A stretch of 64,000 nt of DNA from an uncultured Nitrospiraceae bacterium (GTDB lineage: Bacteria > Nitrospirota > Thermodesulfovibrionia > Thermodesulfovibrionales > UBA6898), in the NCBI GenBank assembly GCA_963811165.1, contig CAWEQH010000001.1, forward strand, positions 384,001-448,000, in the 5' to 3' direction. The notes under the pieces were generated by a model that was given only the letters and a program-made list of their open reading frames with translations, was not told the origin of the DNA and did not search any database. Each line of letters starts with the position of its first letter. The first letter of the stretch is position 1. Positions 1-9,100 of this stretch are shown here, one piece after another. The position numbers were made by a program, and so were the translations under genes.

Positions 1-1104
1 ATGGAGCAGACCACCTTCGAAATAGCCTGTAAGACGGTGCGGTGCAAAGGGGACACGGTCTTCAGGGCCTCGGGCAGCGTCATTAAATTTCAGGGATTTA
101 TGGCTGTCTACACCGAAAGTACGGACGAACTGCTCGAAGAGAACGAGGCCCTTCTGCCGAGCCTCAAGGAGGGAGAAAACCTGAAACTCCTCACTATCCA
201 GCCGAAGCAGCATTTTACCCAGCCGCCGCCTCGTTATACAGAGGCATCTCTTGTAAAGACGCTCGAAGAAAAGGGCATCGGAAGACCGAGTACCTATGCG
301 GCGATCCTCTCCACCATACAGGACAGAAAATACGTGCATAAGACAGAGGGAAGGTTTGCCCCGACAGAGCTGGGCTCTGTGGTCAATGATCTCCTCGTCG
401 AAAGGTTTACCGAACTGATGGAAATAGGTTTCACGGCCAGCATGGAGGAAAAACTCGACCGAATCGAAGAAGGCAAGATGAAATGGGTCAAGGTCGTGAA
501 GGATTTCTATTCCCCTTTCCATAAAAAACTTGCGGAAGCGCTTGCGATTCCGGGAAAGGTCAAACCCCAGGATATCCCTACGGAGGCGGTCTGCGAGAAG
601 TGCGGGCTCCCTATGGTGATACGGTGGGGCAGACACGGGAGGTTCCTCGCCTGCTCGGGGTTCCCGGCATGCAAGAATGCGAAGCCTCTCGATGAAGAAA
701 AACAAGCGGGCGAGGTCGTCGAGACCGACGAGAAGTGCCCGAAATGCGGCTCGCCGATGGTCCTCAAATCCGGGAGATTCGGAAAGTTTTTTGCATGTTC
801 GAAATATCCGGAGTGTAAGACGACGAAGCCCGTTGCCACGGGGGTGAAATGCCCTGAAGACGGCGGCGACATCGTGGAGCGCAGGTCGAAAAGGGGCAAA
901 CCCTTCTGGAGCTGCGGCAATTATCCGAAATGCAAATTCGCAACGTGGTATAGGCCGGTGCCGGAAAAATGTCCGAAGTGCGGCGCCGAGTTCCTCGGTG
1001 AAAAAAGGAACAAGGCCGGGGAGGTCTCTCTTTACTGCCTGAATAAGGAATGCGACTATAGGTCGGAGCAGAAGAAAGAGGAAGAGACTGGAGTTAGCGC
1101 CTGA
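1..1104 (+). CDS. topA: DNA topoisomerase I, C-terminal part (5' truncated by window)
   Basis: PPPRYTEASLVKTLEEKGIGRPSTYA and FTASMEEKLDRIEEG motifs followed by repeated C4 zinc ribbons (CEKCG, CPKCG, CPEDG). Confidence 0.97.
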   Translation: MEQTTFEIACKTVRCKGDTVFRASGSVIKFQGFMAVYTESTDELLEENEALLPSLKEGENLKLLTIQPKQHFTQPPPRYTEASLVKTLEEKGIGRPSTYAAILSTIQDRKYVHKTEGRFAPTELGSVVNDLLVERFTELMEIGFTASMEEKLDRIEEGKMKWVKVVKDFYSPFHKKLAEALAIPGKVKPQDIPTEAVCEKCGLPMVIRWGRHGRFLACSGFPACKNAKPLDEEKQAGEVVETDEKCPKCGSPMVLKSGRFGKFFACSKYPECKTTKPVATGVKCPEDGGDIVERRSKRGKPFWSCGNYPKCKFATWYRPVPEKCPKCGAEFLGEKRNKAGEVSLYCLNKECDYRSEQKKEEETGVSA

Positions 1105-1177
1105 GAAGCTGCGCCCGACAGCCTGATTGATCTCTAACTGTTTCTATCTGCAGCCGTTGACTGAGAAAGGGGTATAC

Positions 1178-1507
1178 ATGAAAGTGTCCGGAATCTTCTG
1201 CATCTTGCTTTTTGGTACCGTATTTTTGTTTCCTGCAATTCAGGATTCGAAAGATGGCGGATATATTGTCTCCGGTGTGGCGCATGCGGAAGAAGACTGG
1301 AAGAAAGAGTTCGAGGACATTTGCGGAAAGACCCAGGATGCCATGGCATATTCTCCAGAGGAATTAAGGGGCTTTATCGACAGGTGCGACAAGATAAGGC
1401 CTCTCGTCGAAAAACTGGACGAGTCACGGAGGAAGGTCTACTTGCGGAGGTTGCAGATGTGCAGGGACTTCTTTGCCTTTTCACTTGAGCAAAGAGAGAA
1501 AAAATGA
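1178..1507 (+). CDS. Small exported helical hypothetical protein
   Basis: ATG at 1178 after a purine-rich RBS; hydrophobic N-terminus with AHA signal-like site; three Cys in the mature part. Confidence 0.7.
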   Translation: MKVSGIFCILLFGTVFLFPAIQDSKDGGYIVSGVAHAEEDWKKEFEDICGKTQDAMAYSPEELRGFIDRCDKIRPLVEKLDESRRKVYLRRLQMCRDFFAFSLEQREKK

Positions 1508-1529
1508 CCTCTCACTTCTTATCGTTCTT

Positions 1530-2318
1530 CTAATCCCTCATCGCGGGGTGGCATTTTTTGCATTCGTTGAGGGGAAAAGCGATGCGGAGGTGACATACAC
1601 CGCAGAATTCGCCATTCAGGATACGTGACATCGCGAAATGCTTGGTGGTCTTTTTCTTGATATTAAATATATCCGGATGACAATTGGCGCAATCGAGCCA
1701 TTGCACATGCGCCTTATGGGGAAAGACTGCAGGAGATATACCGGACATCTCCGCGGCCAGGGTAAGGGTCTTATCCAGGCTCAGCGGTCGAGAATCTCCT
1801 GAGAGACTTTGCTTCGGTTTTATCGATCCGCTGGCCAGGGCCTTCACCCAATCGATCTCGTTCCCGAACTTTGTCCGGGGGAGGCTTCTCTGGAGCTTAA
1901 AGAATTTTTCACTGTTCGGGTTCTGGTCTGCATTATGGCACCGCTTGCAGTTGTCCCCTTCGTCGTCCTTCGGTGCAAAGGAGATTTTCCCGTTGTGGCA
2001 TACGGTACAGTATCTGTTCTTCTGCTCTCCGTTTTTGCAAATAACTCCCGTTTCATTGGCCTTCATGGAAAATTCAAGTTCGCCGTGACATACCCTGCAC
2101 GTATATTTTGTTCTGTGGACCCAGTGAGAGAATACCACCGGGGCAATATCTCCTGCTTTTGAAAAAGGCCCTTTCATCAGGACATCGCCATATTCCTCGG
2201 GGGGTGATAGCCTTGGGAGCTTTAAATCGCCATGGGAAAAGGCCAATTCAGCCAATAGGCCAAAACCGGCCATGAAGAGAAGGCATACGACAACAATCCT
2301 GAATACACGTTTTTTCAT
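1530..2318 (-). CDS. Periplasmic hexaheme c-type cytochrome (two c7/c3-like triheme domains)
   Basis: Signal peptide MKKRVFRIVVVCLL; six CxxCH (CRVCH, CTVCH, CKRCH, CANCH, CGVCH, CKKCH); VVFSHWVH and AVFPHKAH c7-type His motifs. Confidence 0.9.
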   Translation of the reverse strand: MKKRVFRIVVVCLLFMAGFGLLAELAFSHGDLKLPRLSPPEEYGDVLMKGPFSKAGDIAPVVFSHWVHRTKYTCRVCHGELEFSMKANETGVICKNGEQKNRYCTVCHNGKISFAPKDDEGDNCKRCHNADQNPNSEKFFKLQRSLPRTKFGNEIDWVKALASGSIKPKQSLSGDSRPLSLDKTLTLAAEMSGISPAVFPHKAHVQWLDCANCHPDIFNIKKKTTKHFAMSRILNGEFCGVCHLRIAFPLNECKKCHPAMRD

Positions 2319-2435
2319 AATCCTATCACCGTCATGGAAGCTTCTCATATTCCGATCATCGCCAGGAGAAACCGCCAATCGGAGAGCAACACACATTAGT
2401 ATAAATCAGCAATGATTAAGATATCAAAGAATATA

Positions 2436-2522
2436 TGGTGCCGAAGGGGGGACTCGAACCCCCACGGCGTTTCCACCACCAGAACCTGAATCTGGCGCGT
2501 CTGCCAGTTCCGCCACTTCGGC
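2436..2522 (-). tRNA. tRNA-Leu(CAG)
   Basis: Reverse complement GCCGAAGTGGCGGAACTGGCAGACGCG-CCAGA-TTCAGGT-TCTGG...GGTTCGAGTCC...CTTCGGCACCA; long variable arm and encoded CCA. Confidence 0.97.
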
Positions 2523-2592
2523 AATCAACTATATTATCTTTGGAGAAAACCCTTGTCAACAGAAACGAGTGTGAATGGAAAAAAGGGAGAAA

Positions 2593-3369
2593 TTATTTCT
2601 TATCGACCAGGCCTATGATCGCATCGGCATCGCGCGCGCCGGATTCGATGACTCCGCTGGGAAGGATCATTGCCGGAGTACCGGAGATGCCGAGTTTTTG
2701 GCCGAGTTTGATATTGTCATCAATAGCGGTAGTCTCGCATTTGGGGTCGGGAATCTTTTTCCTCTCAAATGCATCATCTAGGAGCGAAAGAGATTTTTCG
2801 CACATGATCGCCTTTGATTTCCGATATGAGTCTTTATGCATCGGAAGAGGGAAAAGGATTATATAAAAGGCGATGTCCTTTCTCTTCTCTATAACCTTCT
2901 TCATCTCCTGATGAAGTTTTGCGCAGTATGGTCACTCGGGGTCGTCAAAAACGATGATCTTATGCGTTGCATCCTTACTGCCCATCACCAGCGCGTTATC
3001 AAGAGGTATTTGAGATGCATCGATCTTGTTGAGTTTGTCAAAACTCTCCTTGGAATAGTTTACCTTGGTCTTTGTATCGATGAGGTTTCCTGCGATTAAA
3101 ATCTTCTTCGAGAAATCGAGATATACGACGACCTTCTTTCCCCCCGATTCAAAGTCGACCTCCCAAATGCCTTTGATAGGGCCCGGCAGGACATTGAGGA
3201 CCTTGACGTCAGGCGCGAACGGCTTTATTACTTCTCCCGCCTGGTCGGCGTTGAGGGTATGGCATTTGGAGCACTCCTGATCGGCGCCTGCGGCAAAGGC
3301 GAAGGCGTTTTCATATCGACAGAAAAGCGCCACTGTCAGGGCCACTAAGATATACAAGGATTTACGCAT
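2593..3369 (-). CDS. DsbC/DsbG-family thiol:disulfide oxidoreductase, probable selenoprotein (UPYC), with N-terminal CxxCH
   Basis: ORFs 2932..3369 and 2593..2904 are in the same frame, joined by a TGA at 2932-2934 reading VFDDPE-U-PYCAKLH; GTPA cis-Pro motif; signal peptide. Confidence 0.88.
2899..2916 (-). promoter_or_regulatory. Candidate bacterial SECIS hairpin
   Basis: Perfect stem CTTCATC-AGGA-GATGAAG beginning 15 nt 3' of the in-frame UGA. Confidence 0.65.
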
Positions 3370-3518
3370 GGGACATTATAGCACAAAGCGATTTTGAAAA
3401 CACAAAAAAAAAGACGCGCGGCAATTTTTTTTGATGCACCTTGTGCGCTCCGCCCGCCGCTGGAAATTGCCGGGAGAGTTTGCTGTTTCGGGTACGTATG
3501 ATTATTAATAATTTAATA

Positions 3519-3550
3519 TTGACAAAAGAACGCCTATCTTGTTATAAAAT
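3519..3550 (+). promoter_or_regulatory. sigma70-type promoter of the sulfur-relay cluster
   Basis: TTGACA at 3519-3524 and TTATAAAAT at 3542-3550. Confidence 0.6.
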
Positions 3551-3590
3551 TAGCCTTGCTGGAGTCAAATTTATAATGAGGGGGGAAGGT

Positions 3591-3887
3591 ATGAAATTAG
3601 CAGTATTCGTGAGTGATTTTAAGCTGACAACGGATACCCTTGACAGGTTAAAGGCCGATAAACTGGGTATCATCCTTGTTCAAAACGGCGTGTATCATGC
3701 CACGACGAAGGAGAACGGGAAGGCCTCTTCTTTGCTGGATAAAACAACGAATCTCTATGCGTTATCCGAGGACGTACAGATAAGGGGCATGAAGGATGCC
3801 GATGTTGACAAGCGCGTCAAGGTCGTCAATTACGGCGATGTGGTTGACCTTATCTTTAACGACTTTGACAAAATCGCGTGGCTTTAG
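3591..3887 (+). CDS. DsrH/TusB-family sulfur relay protein
   Basis: ILVQNGVY...LYALSEDVQIRG...VNYGDVVDL pattern typical of TusB/DsrH; RBS upstream of ATG 3591. Confidence 0.8.
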   Translation: MKLAVFVSDFKLTTDTLDRLKADKLGIILVQNGVYHATTKENGKASSLLDKTTNLYALSEDVQIRGMKDADVDKRVKVVNYGDVVDLIFNDFDKIAWL

Positions 3888-3896
3888 GAGGACGGA

Positions 3897-4256
3897 ATGG
3901 GAACTTTAACGATAGGATGTTTTCCAGGACTTGTCGGCAATATGGGATATGATTTCGCGCTGAAGCTTGCAGATGCGGCGGTGAGCAAAGGACACAAGGT
4001 AAGCATCTGGTTCTCAGGGAACGCGAGCGGCTCGATTAAGGCCAACCAAAAGCACCTGAAGGACTACTCGACCGGTGAAAAATATTTGAAGGCCCTTATC
4101 GAAAAAGGTGTTGAGATCTGCACCTGCGAGGCCTGCTCCGTGTCAAGAGGCGTCAAGAAAGACGAGGGCATCACGGGCGTGCAATGGAACGCGATGCACT
4201 GGTACCTCGCAAAGATACACGCTGCGGACCGGGTCGTTCACATAGGAGGTGAATAG
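3897..4256 (+). CDS. DsrE/TusD-family sulfurtransferase
   Basis: AVSKGHKVSIWFSGN and CTCEACSVSRG (Cys before RG); operon context. Confidence 0.8.
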   Translation: MGTLTIGCFPGLVGNMGYDFALKLADAAVSKGHKVSIWFSGNASGSIKANQKHLKDYSTGEKYLKALIEKGVEICTCEACSVSRGVKKDEGITGVQWNAMHWYLAKIHAADRVVHIGGE

Positions 4257-4257
4257 T

Positions 4258-4668
4258 ATGGGTGATGTGAAACTTGCATTTGTCGTACAAAAGCCCCAGT
4301 ACAAGGGTGAAACGTCAAGGCTGGCGATAACCCATGCGATCGCGTATCAGACGGTCGAGATCCTGCTGGAAGACGGTGACACCGTGACGCCGAAACTCTG
4401 TTTCATAGGTGAGGGCGTACTTGGTATCCAGAAAGGCCAAAACGCAATGGAGCTGTACGGCATCACGAGCACCGAGTCTCATATGAAAAATACTCTTCTC
4501 GTCGACCTCGATGTGCTGGTCTGCAAGGAAGACCTTGCAAAATACGGCATCCCCGAGGATGCGATGCCGACCGCCGAAGATATGGGCGCTGACAAGTCGA
4601 TACAGGTAGTGCCGTTTTCAGAAATACAGAAAGCAATGGAAGAATCGAATCACGTTCTTTTCTTCTAA
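4258..4668 (+). CDS. DsrF/TusC-like protein
   Basis: FIGEGV...KGQ and VCKEDLAKYGI motifs; lies between DsrE-like and TusA-like genes. Confidence 0.7.
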   Translation: MGDVKLAFVVQKPQYKGETSRLAITHAIAYQTVEILLEDGDTVTPKLCFIGEGVLGIQKGQNAMELYGITSTESHMKNTLLVDLDVLVCKEDLAKYGIPEDAMPTAEDMGADKSIQVVPFSEIQKAMEESNHVLFF

Positions 4669-4711
4669 TGTAATAAAACAAGGTCTATGACCTGTAAGGA
4701 GGTAAATACAG

Positions 4712-4960
4712 ATGGGTGAACTGAGCAGCAAGACACCGGACCAGACTCTCGACGTCCTCGGTAGGGTATGTCCCTATCCGCTTGTGCTGTCTAAAAAGGC
4801 GCTTGAAAAGATGTCCAGCGGACAGCTTTTGAAAGTCCTCTGCGATGCCCCTGCATCTGCAGAAGACTCGGTTCCTAAGTGGGCCGAGAAACAGGGCTAC
4901 AAGTTCGAGTCAGTGAAGCTCCCGGGCGACACCTGGGAACTCTTTATCCAGAAGTCGTAA
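4712..4960 (+). CDS. tusA: TusA/SirA-family sulfur carrier
   Basis: LDVLGRVCPYPLV signature. Confidence 0.88.
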   Translation: MGELSSKTPDQTLDVLGRVCPYPLVLSKKALEKMSSGQLLKVLCDAPASAEDSVPKWAEKQGYKFESVKLPGDTWELFIQKS

Positions 4961-4969
4961 GCGAATGTG

Positions 4970-5008
4970 AGCAGGAGAGGTTTTTCAGGGCCTCTCCTGC
5001 TTTTTTTT
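4970..5008 (+). terminator. Intrinsic terminator
   Basis: GCAGGAGAGG...CCTCTCCTGC hairpin followed by a T8 run. Confidence 0.85.
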
Positions 5009-5040
5009 CCTTAGAGATCTCCAAGGTCCAGACGTCCTTA

Positions 5041-5763
5041 TTATTCATCTGATCTGTCGCTATGCCTGCCGTTTAAGAGTTTCACGACAGGGTATTTGTC
5101 CCAGAATTCGATTACATTTACCGCTCCGTAATCCTGCTCTATCCTGAAGATGTTTTCGAGCGGGATGCCCAGGAGATGGCAAAGGAGTATCCTGTTTACC
5201 CCCCCATGGGCGATCACCGCGATATTGTCGCCGACGTTTCGGTTTAGTATCTCCTCCAGCGCCGTAACGACACGATCTTTCACCTCACGCGTGCTCTCTC
5301 CCCCGACGGGGCTGTGAGAGACGGGATTATCGGCCCACGCCTCGAATTCGGCGGGAAACCTTTCCTTGATCTCGGTGAAGGTCATTCCCTCCCATACGCC
5401 GAATGACCTTTCCCGAAGCGCAGGTATCTTCACAGGCACGAGGCCGTAAGGTCCGGCAATGATCTCTGCGGACTTGACGGCCCTGCTGAGATCGGAACAA
5501 TATACCGCGTTTAGTCCCGTCCCCGCTTCTGTGTTTCCCGCCTCCTGCCCTTCCGTGCTGCCGGCAGCGCCATGAACGTCCTTAAGATAGCTCAGGTATT
5601 TCGAGCGCTCGGCGCTACCGAGGAGTTCCTTGATGAAGGCGGACGCCTCTTTTATCTGCAAGACGCCCTCTTCGGACATCGGGATGTCGATGCTGCCGTT
5701 ATAGCGCTTAGGGCCGCCCCCTTGAAGCGCGCCATGTCTGACCAGGCAAAGTGTAGTGACCAT
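5041..5763 (-). CDS. Histidine phosphatase family protein, CobC (alpha-ribazole phosphatase)-like
   Basis: LVRHG, YCSDLSRA, LRERSFGVWEG, GGES and VIAHGGVNR motifs. Confidence 0.8.
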   Translation of the reverse strand: MVTTLCLVRHGALQGGGPKRYNGSIDIPMSEEGVLQIKEASAFIKELLGSAERSKYLSYLKDVHGAAGSTEGQEAGNTEAGTGLNAVYCSDLSRAVKSAEIIAGPYGLVPVKIPALRERSFGVWEGMTFTEIKERFPAEFEAWADNPVSHSPVGGESTREVKDRVVTALEEILNRNVGDNIAVIAHGGVNRILLCHLLGIPLENIFRIEQDYGAVNVIEFWDKYPVVKLLNGRHSDRSDE

Positions 5764-5869
5764 ACTCCATTAACTTTGCAGGAAAAAATGCTGAAAATCA
5801 ACTCCCGAAAAACCTTTATGCGGCGCAAACTTGAAAAGGGCGGCGTGGTTATAGTAAAATTCTAACTCT

Positions 5870-5954
5870 GCCGAAGTGGTGGAACTGGTAGACACGCACG
5901 TTTGAGGGGCGTGTGGAGCAATCCATGCGGGTTCGAGTCCCGCCTTCGGCACCA
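5870..5954 (+). tRNA. tRNA-Leu(GAG)
   Basis: GCCGAAGTGGTGGAACTGGTAGACACG-CACGT-TTGAGGG-GCGTG...GGTTCGAGTCCCGCCTTCGGCACCA. Confidence 0.97.
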
Positions 5955-6177
5955 TCTCCCTCTTTTAAAGTCAATAAGTTAAAGCTGCATACGACGACCG
6001 AACGCAGAACATTTTACTCAGTGGTTATTCTGTCTTCTATCCTAAACAAGAACAATGGACCTGGGAATTGTCCTGAAGGTTGAGCATAAACTGTTACATT
6101 ATTATGAAGCACCTCTGGCTAACTTAGCAGCAAATCTAAATGAGCCATTAGATGTTACACTTAAATTGTCTCCACTA

Positions 6178-9100
6178 TTATTTTGCCTTAAAGGTTGCCA
6201 TTGCTGACACATACTGCAAATTAGATGTTGTAGCAATTGTTCCACTTGGATATGTTCCTATCGCTGTTACTATTCTATCCAATGCTGCAAAATCTGAACC
6301 AGTATACCTTGATGTAAAACTACTACCTGCCCTGAATGAAGTCGTATTCCATTCCGAAAATGTTGTTACCAACAATTCATTAGCGGATGTTGTAGTAACA
6401 TTAGCAACAGTTTGAGCTGTACCAGTTCCTGATCCAATAGAAGACTTATCAAGCGGCGATGTTGTATCTACACCGGAATACTGCAATACTGCTATTCTTC
6501 TATAAGATACAGAACCTCCTGCAAATGTAGCAGTAAAAGTTGCGGATGCATTAGCTGTAGCATTGGCCTTATACCATATTTCCACATCACCACCACCGTT
6601 ACTTGTAGTAGCTGACTTTGTTACATAGGTAAATGAATTAATACCATCTGTAACGGATGAAACTGCTCTGGATGAACCATAGTCTGAAGATACCAAGGCG
6701 ATAAGGAAATTACCACCAGCCACGTTCATACCACCTGTAGGCGTTGCAATAGTTGTAGCTGCACTATTTGATGTACTACCTGTTGAATTGACAAAAGCAA
6801 TACCTGGGGGCGGCGGCACCACATAAGTGAAGCCGCCGGTGAACGTGCCGGTCCCATTGGCATTTGTCACGACTACGTCAGCAGGACCGACCGTGCCCGC
6901 AGGCGTCACCGCGCTGATGCTGGTGGTGCTGTTGATGACCACACCCGTTGCATTCCCTGTCCCTATCCTAACGGTGCTCCCTGCGATAAAGCCCGTGCCG
7001 GTAATCTGCACAGCCGTGCCTCCCCCTGTCGGCCCGCTCACCGGTAAAATCCCGGTGACCGTTGGAGGTGAGGAAACTATATAAGTGAAGCCGCCGGTGA
7101 ACGTGCCGGTCCCATTGGCATTTGTCACGACTACGTCAGCGGAACCGACAGTACCCGCAGGCGTCACCGCGCTGATGCTGGTGGTGCTGTTGATGACTAC
7201 ACCCGTTGCATTTCCAGCCCCTATCTTAACGGTGCTGCCCGAGATAAACCCTGTACCGGTGATCTGAACAGCCGTACCTCCCGCTGTCGAGCCGGTCGGA
7301 GGTGAAATGGTGGTGACTGTCGGGGCGAGGTGGCGTCACATAAGTGAAGCCGCCGGGGAGCGTGCCGGTCCCATTGGCATTTGTCACGACTACGTCAGCA
7401 GGACCGACCGTGCCCGCAGGGGTCACTGCGCTGATGCTGGTGGTGCTGTTGATGACTACACCCGTTGCATTCCAGCCCCTATCTTAACGGTGCTGCCCGA
7501 GATAAACCCTGTACCGGTGATCTGCACAGCCGTACCTCCCGCTGTCGGCCCGCTCACAGGTGAAATGCCGGTGACTGTCGGGGTAGGAAACGTATATAAG
7601 TGAAGCCGCCGGGGAGCGTGCCGGTCCCATTGGCATTTGTCACAACTACGTCAGCGGAACCAGCCGTACCGGCAGGTGTCACTGCGCTGATGCTGGTGGT
7701 GCTGTTGATGACTACACCCGTTGCATTCGCAGCCCCTATCTTAACGGTGCTGCCCGAGATAAACCCTGTACCGGTGATCACTACCGCCGTACCTCCCGCT
7801 GTCGAGCCGGTCGGAGGTGAAATGGTGGTGACTGTCGGGGCAGGTGGCGTTCCGCCTTTAAAGGTTGCCATTGCTGACACATACTGCAAATTAGATGTTG
7901 TAGCAATTGTTCCACTTGGATATGTTCCTATCGCTGTTACTATTCTATCCAATGCTGCAAAATCTGAACCAGTATACCTTGATGTAAAACTACTACCTGC
8001 CCTGAATGAAGTCGTATTCCATTCTGAAAATGTTGTTACCAACAATTCATTAGCGGATGTTGTAGTAACATTAGCAACAGTTTGAGCTGTACCAGTTCCT
8101 GATCCAATAGAAGACTTATCAAGCGGCGATGTTGTATCTACACCGGAATACTGCAATACTGCTATTCTTCTATAAGATACAGAACCTCCTGCAAATGTAG
8201 CAGTAAAAGTTGCGGATGCATTAGCTGTAGCATTGGCCTTATACCATATTTCCACATCACCACCACCGTTACTTGTAGTAGCTGACTTTGTTACATAGGT
8301 AAATGAATTAATACCATCTGTAACGGATGAAACTGCTCTGGATGAACCATAGTCTGAAGATACCAAGGCGATAAGGAAATTACCACCAGCCACGTTCATA
8401 CCACCTGTAGGCGTTGCAATAGTTGTAGCTGCACTATTTGATGTACTACCTGTTGAATTGACAAAAGCAATACCTGGGGGCGGCGGCATCACATAAGTGA
8501 AGCCGCCGGTGAACGTGCCGGTCCCATTGGCATTTGTCACGACTACGTCAGCAGGACCGACCGTGCCCGCAGGCGTCACCGCGCTGATGCTGGTGGTGCT
8601 GTTGATGACCACACCCGTTGCATTCCCTGTCCCTATCCTGACGGTGCTCCCTGCGATAAAGCCCGTGCCGGTAATCTGCACAGCCGTGCCTCCCCCTGTC
8701 GGCCCGCTCACCGGTAAAATCCCGGTGACCGTTGGAGGTGAGGAAACTATATAAGTGAAGCCGCCGGTGAACGTGCCGGTCCCATTGGCATTTGTCACGA
8801 CTACGTCAGCGGAACCGACAGTACCCGCAGGCGTCACCGCGCTGATGCTGGTGGTGCTGTTGATGACTACACCCGTTGCATTTCCAGCCCCTATCTTAAC
8901 GGTGCTGCCCGAGATAAACCCTGTACCGGTGATCTGAACAGCTGTACCTCCCGCTGTCGATCCGGTCGGAGGTGAAATGGTGGTGACTGTCGGGGCGGGT
9001 GGCGTCACATAAGTGAAGCCGCCGGGGAGCGTGCCGGTCCCATTGGCATTTGTCACAACTACGTCAGCAGGACCGACCGTGCCCGCAGGGGTCACTGCGC

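Noticed and set aside
2435..2866. ORF 2435..2866 (+), and likewise 5770..5955 (-)
   Set aside because: Antisense shadows of the tRNA-Leu genes
6188..8995. Duplicated segment as a DGR template/variable pair
   Set aside because: Both copies are coding, over 1 kb long and differ at very few sites; no reverse transcriptase in the window
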